Shown in pieces: positions 13,471 to 25,505 of a stretch of DNA of 64,000 bases. A model generated the notes under the pieces. It was not told the DNA's origin, ran no database searches, and was given only the letters and a program-made list of their open reading frames with translations. The number at the start of each line of letters is the position of its first letter. The stretch's first letter is position 1. A program made the position numbers and the translations under genes. The DNA comes from Phoronis australis (lineage: Eukaryota; Animalia; Phoronida): the NCBI GenBank assembly GCA_002633005.1, contig NMRA01000150.1, forward strand, positions 97,147 through 161,146, in the 5' to 3' direction.

Positions 13471-14039
13471 TATAAATGGGACTACAGCTGCCTACAACTT
13501 TTTGGTGAATATGATTACCCCTGGGTGGAAAAGATTTCATTGCTGCACCTCAAAATTCCAGTTGCTATCGCCTAAAACCTGGTCTCTGAATGGCAAACAC
13601 TAAACCCTGTTTCGCTGCCGTTTACTTCACACACACACACACCAAAAACGCCCCCTTCCCATTGACAATACTAAGTCCTGGGGGCCAAAATTTCTCATCC
13701 GGACTGGACTGTGGGACTGGAGTTTGGTTTCCAATTTACATGACAAGGTATGAAGTATTTTCAGCATGTGTAGGGATTAGGAGCGTGCTTCTGGAATTTA
13801 CATCACAGGTTTAGTGTAGTGTTGGCTTATCTGGAGTAGGGATGAGTGATTCTTTGCTGAAATTTAGAGACTTAGCGAAGGAATCATTTCCTCCTTATGA
13901 CGATGCATTATTTCATGTGCTAACTTTGATTATTTGTTGAAATCACAAATTTTATGAATGTCACCTACCTTTGTTGTCACTTAGTCATATAGACAGTGTT
14001 GTCTGGTTCACTTGCACGCATTAAACTCCCAAACATTGA

Positions 14040-14264
<225 letters not shown>

Positions 14265-16412
14265 TGTCTTTCTGAGAACTCAAGTGACTAGACAACAAGT
14301 GTTTATTATTAGTGGGTGGCTAATGGGCTTTTATCTTGTCTTCTAATAGTATTTGTTTTTGAGTTCTTATATGTGCAAAATTCAGGCAATTCAAGCATTT
14401 ATATGATATTTCACTTTAATAATAATTCATAACAAAATGTAATAATTCATAACAAAATGTCAAAATCCTAACAGCAGGTTGTTATAATTTCATGTTGCAT
14501 TTTCATAATACACATTTTCAAGCATCTAACCTGTATGATAAGATCAGTTATCTTCATTATCATGAAAAGAATATACTTATTTTTGAATAATGTATAAATT
14601 GTTCTTTACTACACATAAAACAAATAGTGACTTTGTGTGGAAAAGTAGAATATTTATTTTACTGTTCATATGTTTCTTTTGAAGCTTTAAATGTTTCAAA
14701 TTTTAAGTTAATGCAAAGCATTTGAACACCAAACATGCAAATATGCTATCTTCTTATTCAAAGTTGCTAATTATGTTTTTGTTGTTGTTGTCTTTGTTGG
14801 GGCTTCGAAAATCAAATTTTAAATGTTTACTGTACTTTTGTGATAACACCTGCTAAGTTTTGATGACAAACTTGCTATGTTATGTAATATTTCTTGTTAT
14901 GATCTGGCTACATATGTATAGAAGGTGCTTTTAACAGACTCCGAAGTTTTCTGTTCCCTTAATTTCTTAGTTTCGAGCTTCATAACAAATTGTGTATGCA
15001 TTACCTTTCTTGTAGTTTGTTTAAAGTGACTAATAAGCCCAGTCTGCTGGGTGTTCAAGTAACACTGGTCACTGTAATAAATCTATTTTCTCTCCTTTCT
15101 CTCTGTAAGAAATTCTGTACCAGACATATCTGATAAAACATGTATCACACTATGCATTACGCAGTTTGCGTTGTCTGTTAAGAAAAAGACAAATTATTTT
15201 GATTTGTGATTTGAATAGGATAATCATTAAAAGTTCATTTCTAGTCAAGTACTTCTGTTGTTAATTAACTCAAGAATTACGTTTCTGGTTGCAATTTTCT
15301 AATGCGATTCTTCAGGTGTCACTACTATATCGAAACGAAGACAGTTTTCAAAAACGTAACATAATACCCACATAAATTTTGGATGGAAGTGCTTCTATGA
15401 GGCACAGATTTGTACTGCAAGTTACACATAATAACATTTCAGTTATTTACCTAAGTTCCTTCCGTGTTGTCCCAAGCTGCATGTTAGTTTGAAGTTGGAG
15501 ACATAGTATTCAAGTTCATCTTGCATACTTCACTCAATATCTCTGTAATGTTTGGGATTTGTAGCTAAACTAACAACGAAGGATAATTATCAGAATGACA
15601 CAAAATCACGTTCTCAGGAGGCTGCCATCTTTATTTGTACTCTCATGCCATCTATTCGCAAATTATCAATACATTGCATTCTCAGTAATGATAAGATTAT
15701 GCCACACCAAAGTGTAGTTGGGTCAAAGGCCAGTTTGACTTGGTTCCTACAATATCTTCACAATTTTCATATATTGAGCCATCTTCTGACTGCACTTAAA
15801 TGTAATATCCTTGTCCTAATTTTCAAGGTCACAATTCTAGTTTTGACTTTGACAACAACACAGTCAAAGCTCCTTATTTGTTGTGTTTTGCACTAAGACT
15901 CCAGTCAAATTTGGTGACCTTGAAGTCATTTTCAAGGTCACTGCAAGAATTATAGTGGAACTGTATCGCATTTCCCATGGTAAAAATGCAGTTTTGAGAA
16001 CAAATGTTTCTCATGCTTGTTGATGACTGTAAAACAGAACAGTTCTTGAGTGAATTAGCCATGGATGAATGATGACTAGAGTTTCCTGATGAAGCCTGCC
16101 TTGTTTCTGCAGTTGCGTGCAGGACTCTATCAAGTCGGTTTCAAATCTAGGAGGCACACAAGCTCACACATGTTTACCACCTGAAGCAACACATTGAAAG
16201 GGCATCTGGTACACTTGCTAAGAGGCAGGTTGATTAGATAGCTCACCCATCATAAGAAAACAAGTGCTTGTGTTTGTCATGTTGCACACATTCAGTCATT
16301 GAAAATTACTGTACAGATAAACTGTTAAAGTGAATTTCACATCTTCTTTTGACACAAGGCCATAGACTTATCACATGATTATCATAACTATGAATGTTTT
16401 TACTGAAATAAA
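14265..16412 (+). other. Probable ADK 3' UTR with candidate poly(A) signals
   Basis: AT-rich sequence after the stop. AATAAA at 15076-15081 and 16407-16412; the true end is unknown. Confidence 0.45.
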
Positions 16413-17849
16413 CACCTGTTACTGTATTTTAAATTTTACTCAGTATAAAGTTTTGGATTTTCAATGCAAAATGTTTGTGTTTTGTAAAATAGATTAATGA
16501 TCTTACAAGCTCCGTCCAATTTGTGCAGTGAAGCCATATATACATCTATCTCTGAAAACCATAATTGGTTTTGTATCTTTCAGTTAATTACTTGTGTCAG
16601 TAGCAGAATGAACAAATAACACCAAACTCTTGCTATCAACATTCAGAACAAATATGTCTTTTTCTTTGTTTCGCCTTTTGTTGATTGTGACTAGTAAAAG
16701 TCAAAAGCCCATGAAACTAAATATTGTTGGTTTCCATGACAACTCCATACAGCTGAGAAACACTAATCTGCACTAATGACTGATCTCTGCAGTATCATTT
16801 GTTGTGTGACTATGAGATGCTGCTGGTTTTAAGGTTGTTCATGTAAAATGTGTGAAGAGCATGTTGAGAGTTAATGAACATGTAATTACAAATTAATCAA
16901 GATAGTCACTTGCACTTGCCAGGAGATTTAACTCAGCAGTTGTGAAATGAAGCGAGTCACCAAATGAGGCTTGATCATGGCCTCTTAATCTTGAAATACA
17001 AGGTGAGTTGACCCTTTGAAATATGTGTCATAGCATATTTTGAAATTGGCTCTACTGATTCTGACAGCTCCAATCAGATGTATAACCAAAGTAATAGAGG
17101 TCATTGTTCGGTTCAGACCTGATGGGGGTATCATTATTGCCGAATTTATTTGGGTTAGAATTATCTGGAATTCACCCCTAGGGTATTATCGCTATCCTGA
17201 AACCCTTTAGAAGTCCATGAAGGGTCCTGAACTTTTTTGTGGAAACTGTGTTCAGTTTCTAATTGGATGGGTCACTGCATGCCTAGTCCCGAGTATAGTT
17301 CAGTACCCCAGGGGGAGCTTATGCAGGCAGGGTTGCTTTGGATTATTGACTGCCTGTAGGAGTGCACATGAGAAATTTAGTTTTGCTGTCAAGACAGGCA
17401 TTTATAGATTTTGTTGCATTGACATGTAGGACATTTTTTGTTAGAGTATTATGTGTTTCCTTTACTGAACTAGCAGTACATGATGTGCATTTGTCATTCT
17501 ATTATTCAACTGCCAAATCATTGGGTCAAGTCTGTTGTGAGATCACCTTCATATCATTTACGCCCCATTCACTAGCATAATGAGATAGCCAATCATGTCC
17601 ATGTTTACAATGGAAGTGAGCAATAAGTTTCAATGGAGTTAACTTGTTAGGGGAAGAGCCCTTTCGTAGGTTTTTGTTCTTCTCAAAGTGTGTTGGCAAT
17701 GAGTGAAAATGATTATTCTTAATATTGTAGGTAGGTATGGAATTTATTTTGTTTTTAACTAATTGACTCTGTGTGATATCATCTGTTTTTAATTTCACAT
17801 GAAAAATCAAAATAATGAACATAATTTTTTGATCAAGCTTTCAATTCTC

Positions 17850-17981
17850 ATAACCGATTGGTCTGCGTCTTGAGAAGGATGGTAGCCATATTAGCAATGT
17901 TTATCGCACAGTTGCCGAACCGCTTAAATTGTGACTGATAAACAAGCCTAAGAACTCAAATGTAGTGGAGTACAACTGTAG
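17850..17981 (+). promoter_or_regulatory. Putative KAT6 promoter and non-coding first exon
   Basis: Reverse CCAAT box (ATTGG 17857-17861), local CpG enrichment to about 18350, strong donor ag|gtgagt at 17982, and an acceptor tttcag at 18567 before the first coding exon. Confidence 0.55.
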
Positions 17982-18616
17982 GTGAGTAATTCGAAATCCG
18001 TATAAATGTCTATAGACAATTTATGAATATTTTTTAGACTCGTCAAACATTTATATTCTCCGAAATGTTCGATTTTAATTTTGATACATTTTTCCCGACT
18101 GAAATTCAAAATGGAGTCTTCTCGGCCGATTCAAGTTTTCTTTAGACTGTGATTATTACAAAGCTGCTGTGTTCCGCGTTTGAAGTCGTTCGATAAATAC
18201 GCTATAATTACGAAGTCTCAGGTGCCCGACTATTAGCAATGCTTCTTTTTATTCTTAAGGTTGAAATAATTGTTTGTTCATTATTGCTAATGCTTGTTTA
18301 TGTGCTGAAATTGGGCTAATTTCATGTTTATTACGTCGGTAACTTAACTTTCTGGTCTTAAATATGCATTGTCAGTTTGTAAAATGTGTGGGAACGTTGT
18401 AAGCATTATTTTCCAATAAATAAATAATTACTACATTCCTTAATTAGATTTGAAAGTACTGTACGAAAACATAAATTAGAAAGAACAACAAAATGACTCG
18501 TGTTCTGCGTAATTGATAAAGGCAGCCAAGTTTATCGTTTGTCTTATTAAAGTTATTTTCATTTCAGAGGAGCAGTGATAGGGAGGTCAGTTTCCAACAA
18601 CAATACAAGAATCTGC

Positions 18617-18697
18617 ATGGCAGCTGTCCACTGTGTTCTTTGTTCATCTACTCTTTGTTTGCCTTGTGTGTTCCAATGTAATGGGCTGGTGTTGTAG
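18617..18697 (+). CDS. Cys-rich upstream ORF in the KAT6 5' UTR (MAAVHCVLCSSTLCLPCVFQCNGLVL*)
   Basis: ATG with +4 G inside the exon starting at 18568. 26 codons ending in TAG, 77 nt before the main ATG. Translation is not demonstrated. Confidence 0.5.
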   Translation: MAAVHCVLCSSTLCLPCVFQCNGLVL

Positions 18698-18774
18698 CAG
18701 GATACTCTAAAGACATTTTATCATGTGACCTGTTTGAGCCATATTTAGTGGGAGAATTTTGTTCAGCTGTAAAC

Positions 18775-19362
18775 ATGGTCAGGGATTCGGATGGTAAGGG
18801 ACCTGTGAACCCTACCTACAGCCGATGGATTCTTGAGGCCATACATAAAGTTAAACATCAGAAACAGAGGCCAAGTTTGGATAGAATTTGCCATGCTGTC
18901 CGGCAATACCACAAAGTCAGCCGTGGTTCCATAGAAGAACAAATGAGCCTAGCTGTTCAAGATGGTCTGGTTCTCAAAGTGTACAACAAGGGGTTAATAT
19001 CATACTCTGACCCTGCTAGAGTGTCAAAATTAAGAACGCGGACAATTAAAATTAATAAAAAGACAGATCTGACCAAAGTTATTTGCCGCACAATTCGAGA
19101 ACTCGGTGAAATTGGTGGTTCTACCCTTAAAGCTGTGGAAAAGCATGTCCGCACTAGTTACACACTAGACATGAAAGATGGCGTTGATCTGACTCAGCAG
19201 ATACGAGTGTCTGCAAAAAAGGGTGTTGAGACTGGCAGACTGTTGCAGGATGGCAGGTCTTACAAAGTTGGTATTGGTAGTGAATCAGATTCGCTTGAGA
19301 GTAGTGGAAGCAGCAATGCCAACAGCGAGCCCATTGAAAACATAATTGAAGATAATGCAAAG
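18775..19362 (+). CDS. KAT6: KAT6A/B (MOZ/MORF) first coding exon: SAMD1-like winged helix plus H15 domain
   Basis: aaacATGG start. MVRDSDGKGPVNPTYSRWILEAIHKVKHQKQRPSLDRICHAV resembles the KAT6 N-terminus (NP.Y..WILEAI.KVK.QKQRPS..RIC.AV). Also VLKVYNKGLISYSDP and GGSTLKAVEK. Donor AAG|gtaaca, phase 0. Confidence 0.96.
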
Positions 19363-19954
19363 GTAACATTTTGTCTGCTGTAGTATTTTGGTTAAATTTT
19401 TATCAGAATATTGTGCAACAGATTCTGGCCAGAAACTCGCTTGTAGTTTCGTCATCATCATTGGTAAATGTGATTGTTTTCTGCTATTATATGTCAGATT
19501 GCATGACTCATGAACTCCTTGTTTTGGTTTGTGGTTAATCACCCTATTACATCGTTTTTCAAGGGAGATAACTGGCAGTTAGTCAACTTTGACCTCTGAT
19601 CAATACTTGGTGGGTTGTGGTGCAATTTGTCCATTGGAACAAAACAGATTCCACCAATGTTTACATTTGGCTGTAGTTGTTACATGAGAACCATAAGCTT
19701 TGCACTGAGCAGATTCTAACTAATAGTCTGTATACACTAAATATAGTGCCACATGGTAACTATATGTTTATAGTTTAATTGGCAAGTTTGATTCCTTTGG
19801 CTTCCACTCAGAAAATCAATACCATAGCCTACAATGACCACTTTTCACTGTGGTAGCTGTTATCATTAATTATTTGTGTTCTCATAAGTTTTTCTGCCGC
19901 AGCCCGTTAACACTCATTGTTGTTTCGGGGAAAAGTCATTTTTTGCTATAATTG

Positions 19955-20471
19955 CAGTGCCTGACACTTAGCCTGATGCCAAGTCGCATTTGGCGACCTG
20001 GTGAAAATTCCAGATGACCAAATGAAGTCTGAGGTCGTAAACAAAACCCCCCGGTCGCCAAAAGTGACCTTGGAATTGTCGCTAAAAAAGGTGGTGCACT
20101 CCGTTCTGCCACTAACTATTCCATTTTTCCTAGCAAGCAATATGTACCATTCAATCGCATACGTGGGAGGCACGTGTTTTACCGATCTTAACTGGCTCTT
20201 TACTCCCTGTTGTAATTTATGTGGGTTTGATGTGCACTGACTACTGTGGTGGCAAATGCACTAATTTCACAAAGTAAAGGGAACAGATGCGAACCAAAGA
20301 TATTGAACCTAAGAAAACCGTTATTAAGTTAAAGTTTGGAAGTCAACACAAACTGAAACAAATTTTGAGGGAATTATTGTCTGATTTTGATACTCGCACT
20401 GGCGACTTGCGATTTTTCCCAGGTCCCAAACACAATCTGAGGTTGCATTAGCGACGCCAAGTCTAGCACTA
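19955..20471. mobile_element. hAT5-like MITE
   Basis: Termini cagtgcctgac / gtctagcacta; 5-bp TSD AATTG on both sides; subterminal gtcgc/gcgac motifs. Confidence 0.7.
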
Positions 20472-20644
20472 AATTGTTCTCCATTGGGTTATTTTGACTA
20501 TGCCATATTTTAATCTTGCAATTTCAGTCATTGACGGAATAGCCCCCTCCTTTGTGTTCTCTCACCTTATTTTGATTTGTTTAGCCAGCTATTGTTTACG
20601 CCTTAATTGCCCCTGCTGTGCATTTTGTTGCATTTCTTGGAATA

Positions 20645-21270
20645 CCCCCGTCCCACACCTAGTCCCCCGTCCCACACCTAGTCCCCCGTCCCACACCNNN
20701 NNNNNNNNNNNNNNNNNNNNNNNNNNNNNNNNNNNNNNNNNNNNNNNNNNNNNNNNNNNNNNNNNNNNNNNNNNNNNNNNNNNNNNNNNNNNNNNNNNNN
20801 NNNNNNNNNNNNNNNNNNNNNNNNNNNNNNNNNNNNNNNNNNNNNNNNNNNNNNNNNNNNNNNNNNNNNNNNNNNNNNNNNNNNNNNNNNNNNNNNNNNN
20901 NNNNNNNNNNNNNNNNNNNNNNNNNNNNNNNNNNNNNNNNNNNNNNNNNNNNNNNNNNNNNNNNNNNNNNNNNNNNNNNNNNNNNNNNNNNNNNNNNNNN
21001 NNNNNNNNNNNNNNNNNNNNNNNNNNNNNNNNNNNNNNNNNNNNNNNNNNNNNNNNNNNNNNNNNNNNNNNNNNNNNNNNNNNNNNNNNNNNNNNNNNNN
21101 NNNNNNNNNNNNNNNNNNNNNNNNNNNNNNNNNNNNNNNNNNNNNNNNNNNNNNNNNNNNNNNNNNNNNNNNNNNNNNNNNNNNNNNNNNNNNNNNNNNN
21201 NNNNNNNNNNNNNNNNNNNNNNNNNNNNNNNNCCCGTCCCACACCTTGTCCCCCCGTCCCACACCTAGTC
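20645..21270. repeat. 19-bp minisatellite spanning assembly gap 20698-21232
   Basis: cccccgtcccacacctagt on both sides of the N run. Confidence 0.85.
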
Positions 21271-23107
21271 CTCAAGCCACATTTGGTGGAGTGTTCACAC
21301 ATGCTGTGTCACAACATTAGTTGTGGGTGGATGTGTTAATACAGAAATTCTTTTAAAATTCATGAGACATAGAGGTGGATCACGGTATGTGTTGTCGCAT
21401 GTGCTACTGTTACTGTCCATATAGAAGGGAAACCGGGGTTGTTGCCAAGAGTTATTGACTACTCCAGATTTGCAACTTGTTTGGGGAGTGGAGAGGGGGT
21501 TACTCAAGTATATTTCTGAGTGGGAGGTTCAGCTGGGAAACTAGGTAGTTGGAAACCCATACATTTAGAGAGTGGAATTGAAAGGGACCCATTTTTAGGG
21601 ATTTTCCGTGACAACGTCATCTTATCCTTGGGTTTTGGTCCTGTTGTTAACCTAACCCTTCATTGGAATTCTTGAACAGCTGCGTTTTAGGCCATTAAGC
21701 CTGAAATCGTACAAGAAGAGATACCATATTTTAAAGAATGAATGCAACTTCTACTAAGTTTTGATATTTTAGATAACATTAAATGGGCAATTCTGTGAAA
21801 AGGTCAACCTATAAACAAAAAATTAAAATTGTGACTTTACTTACATTTCAGGTCTCATCTGAAAGCCCAGGCTCTCTAGTTTCATGACCCATATTTGACT
21901 GTCCTGTTGCTTTCAATTTTTTGCCTAAGTGGGCCCATTTTGGGGTCACTTGATCCTAAAAATTAGCTCAATTTTCATGCGTGTTGCTAATTATTGTTGT
22001 AAATAAGCTAATCGTGGGTATTTCACTATATTATCAAATTTGTGCAATCACATGAAGCCCAAACTTTACAAAAAATAACATTTCAATTTTGGTACCTCAT
22101 CGACCTCTTGGGGTCAAAGGTCAACTCCAGAATATCATGATGCCATACGTCCATCACAAAAAGTGCTTAAAAGCTTCGTTATGTTAAAAGTTTTTAATCA
22201 AAATTAAAATAATTTCAGATTCTCTTTGAGCTTGTTATTCAATACTATTGACCAAAGTTGTAGATCCCAGGGATTCGTTAAGTCGGAAATAGTGTGACAT
22301 ACGTTTGGCAAATTTGTACGTCTGTCACATAGGTACATCACTCCCATGAAATAACAAATTTTCAGCCAATAAAAATAACCGTAGGTCTTATTTTTACTTT
22401 CTAATCTTGCAGAAGATAAAACGTATCTCTTACCTAAGAACTTTAAAACAATTAAATATTACAAAGACGGCTTTAAAATGAAGTAAAGATGTTGCTACAG
22501 ATTTAAACTAGACGCATTGGACTCTTTCAATTTCAAAAGTTGCAGAACCATCAACATGGCCCAGAGAATAAGTTTGTACAAGCTGAGGATGAGCTCTAAT
22601 TTAAAAAGCAAATAATTAAAATAAGCACCCATGCCCCCATAAGCACCCCCTACGCATTTTCGCTAAAATAAGCGCCCAGCCCATGAATGTGTATACTTGT
22701 GAAAAATGCCTTACCTGCAGTTCTAAAATTCTACAGTAACCTCTTCAATTCATCAATAATATCCGACAGTCCTGAAAAAATCATTGTGCGCGGAATTTGT
22801 AGACCACGAGCCTTGCTGCTATGTCGCTATTTAGCTGTGACTTTACACTTCAAACTTCTGCAGTGCTGCAAAGAAGGCCTTTCAGAAGAGATGCAGCGTA
22901 CTTGTCAAGGGGGATTGTATTGTATCTTTCCCGTACAGATCTTCTCCCTCATCAAGATTCCAGATTTCTTTGTACATGTGAAAACTGCGAATCGAAGACT
23001 AATAAAAAAGCTTGACCTGTGTTAAAAGCACGTGGCCAGGAAGTGCGTGCTACATACATGTAGGCCTGCTTCTCTTGCAAGTGAGTTCTGATGACACGTA
23101 CGCGCTC

Positions 23108-24516
23108 CAGGGCTCGATATAACGAGCTGCAGGTCGCATTTGCGACCTGAAATTTGGAAATGCGAGCTGAGATTTTGGCCAGCTCGCATTAAGTAGCAAA
23201 ATTGCGACCTGGACTTTCCAACGTATGCAAGCTGAGTTTTTAAACTTCGCGGCAGATACCTGGGAAATGTAAAGCAACTCGGGTGATTCCGACCGTTATT
23301 TGGTTGTTGCCAAATCAAGTTCAAAAGAACACTCATTGAGAACAGCCCTCCCGATGACTTGTAAACATGTCGCGTGAACAAGGGAATGCAGAATTGGTCT
23401 TTGACGCATTTTATTGGCCAATACTTTCGGCTTTTTGCAATTTTCCGGATGTGCAGAAGAAAGTTTCGGACCTCGGAATAACACATGATAAAACGTCAGA
23501 AAGCAGCGGTGTTTCTACTAATTCATAAACGACGAACTTGTAAAGCTTAGTGGTGGAAAAACATTTATTTTTCATGTAAGGTGTCCTTAATATCAAATTA
23601 CGGCAACACCCACGGCAATGTGCCGGATCGCACTGCGGCACTGGTCGGTTCCACTGTTAGCACCGGAAAGCGGTCCTGGCAGACGATTGTCGTGACTTGG
23701 AAAAGTGCGTCTCATTTTTTTATCGCGAAAAACAGCAAACGTGAAAATGACAACTGAATTAATCACCAAACGACAGGCATGCCTTTAGGCGCTTTCGGCA
23801 GAATAAAAGAAACCCACACCGTCGGAAATCATTTCGAGTCTTTTTAATTCATGGAAAACTAATTGTTAACTACGTAAACAGCATAAGTCCCACATTTTTT
23901 GCTGTGAAATTTGCAGTGAATTGTTTCCGCGTATCGATACGTTATTCAGCGAGTAAGGCAACCTTTCACGGATTTCTTCCAAAAGCATGTTTGTTCAAAC
24001 GCCAAGTTGCAAAGTTTGACCTGCAAACAAATGGAAGGAATTTGCACTCAGAGTTATCAATCTTTTTGGATCTTGATGACAGTCATATAGCAAGTCAATC
24101 CTAGAAAAGTTGCGGATACTTTTTCAGCGAGTATTTTCGCCTTATTCAAGGTGCACACTTAGCCAATCGAATGCATATGTCGGTTAGAGGGCACTGATTT
24201 AAGTTTCACGTTGGCAACTGCCTTGCGTTCCAGGGTCTTTCACTAGATGGCGGTAGTGAAGAACGGTTACGCGGTGCATGTATGATATGCTTGTAAGAAC
24301 TCAATTTTGAGACATGAAATTTGTGAGTATTTAACGTCGCAAGAGCATAATCTAAGCATTTTCTCATGACCTAAAAGCCAATTTTGGTCCGTAAAAATGG
24401 CGGGAAATTTTCGCGACCTGGAATTAATGAATGCGAGCTGGATTTTGAAAACGCGACCTAGGATTTAGGCTTGGTTGCAAATTGCGACGTAGCGATTTTC
24501 ATAGCGTCGACCCCTG
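23108..24516. mobile_element. hAT5-like non-autonomous element nested in the HIRAN element
   Basis: Termini cagggctcga / tcgacccctg; TSD CGCTC/CGCTT. The empty site is visible in the paralogous copy at about 44670. Confidence 0.8.
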
Positions 24517-24871
24517 CGCTTGCTCACTCGATACACACATGCAGACGAACTTCAAAGCGAATGTTACGTGACAACAACGTGTGTGTCCATCCAGACTTTC
24601 TCTTGTTGTGGGGTGCGATCTATTGCAGACTTCGACTTAATCTGCGGTTAATCTCGACTTCACAGGAACTTAAAAATCTTAGGGACGCTATTTGGAAAAC
24701 TTAAGGAGGATTTCATGTAATTTGTTGAGTCAAAACTGTATTTTTATTCAAGAATTCAAGTTGCCCCATCGACGATCGTGAGAGAGGTACGCATCAGTCG
24801 GCGAGTTTTCGCCCTGGGATTTCCACACAATTTTCTGAAAAAGGGTCGTAATTTAACAACGAAGTTTTATA

Positions 24872-25505
24872 AAAAAAAGGTGCAGGTGGCCTGATGCCTT
24901 TTGCGGTACATCAGGCGTGTTTAGGCCACAAGGCCGGGGCCATTACACTAATCAACTAATTATGACTCATTGGGACAAGATATCACCGGATTCCTGGATT
25001 CCTCGTGAATAAAATCTTCCAATTTGCCTGTTGGTTTCAGAAAGACAGAAAGATTATTAAAACTGTGGGAACTAAGTGTTAAACAGGCAGGTTATGTGTC
25101 TATCAAGTAGTAGATTATGGTGTCTATTGTAGACCGGGCAAATCTCTACCATATGTTGAGGAATCTCTGGCCTCCAAGCCACAGTTGGGACACAATGCAC
25201 ATGCCATGTGGCCTGTGATGTTACTGTGCCGAGCTAGGTTTCAGTGTTCAGTAATAGCCTGGATCAGCTGCGTTATAGCAAGCCTATCTAAACGCAACAG
25301 TTTCTTTGAACCTTTTGGTTCAATAGGACTATGAAAAAGTTGTTTGGTTTGTCTGCTGGCAGAGAGCTTTTCCATGCATCCACGGACAGTTTATGCACCC
25401 AGTGTCTTGCCTTTGCTCTGCAGCACCTATAGGCAACTGGTATGCAAGGTTCTGGTACGAAACAGGGTGTACTTGCTCCTTCTGTTGCAAGTTTGTCAGC
25501 AGCAT
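24872..25505 (-). mobile_element. 5'-truncated non-LTR retrotransposon (RNase H-bearing; LOA/R1/I-like)
   Basis: Minus strand reads AADKLATEGASTPCFVPEPCIP (RNase H C-terminus), then QAITEH*NLARH...CPNCG...HMVEICP (C-terminal knuckle). TSD-like GAAGTTTTATA/GAAATTTGATA; empty site at about 45020. Confidence 0.75.

Noticed and set aside
18748-18774. ORF-track start for KAT6 at 18748
   Set aside because: It is a GTG codon; the ATG at 18775 has good context and aligns with the family N-terminus.
20494-21339. Long ORFs across 20.5-21.3 kb and 33.6-34.3 kb
   Set aside because: Artefacts of N-runs.
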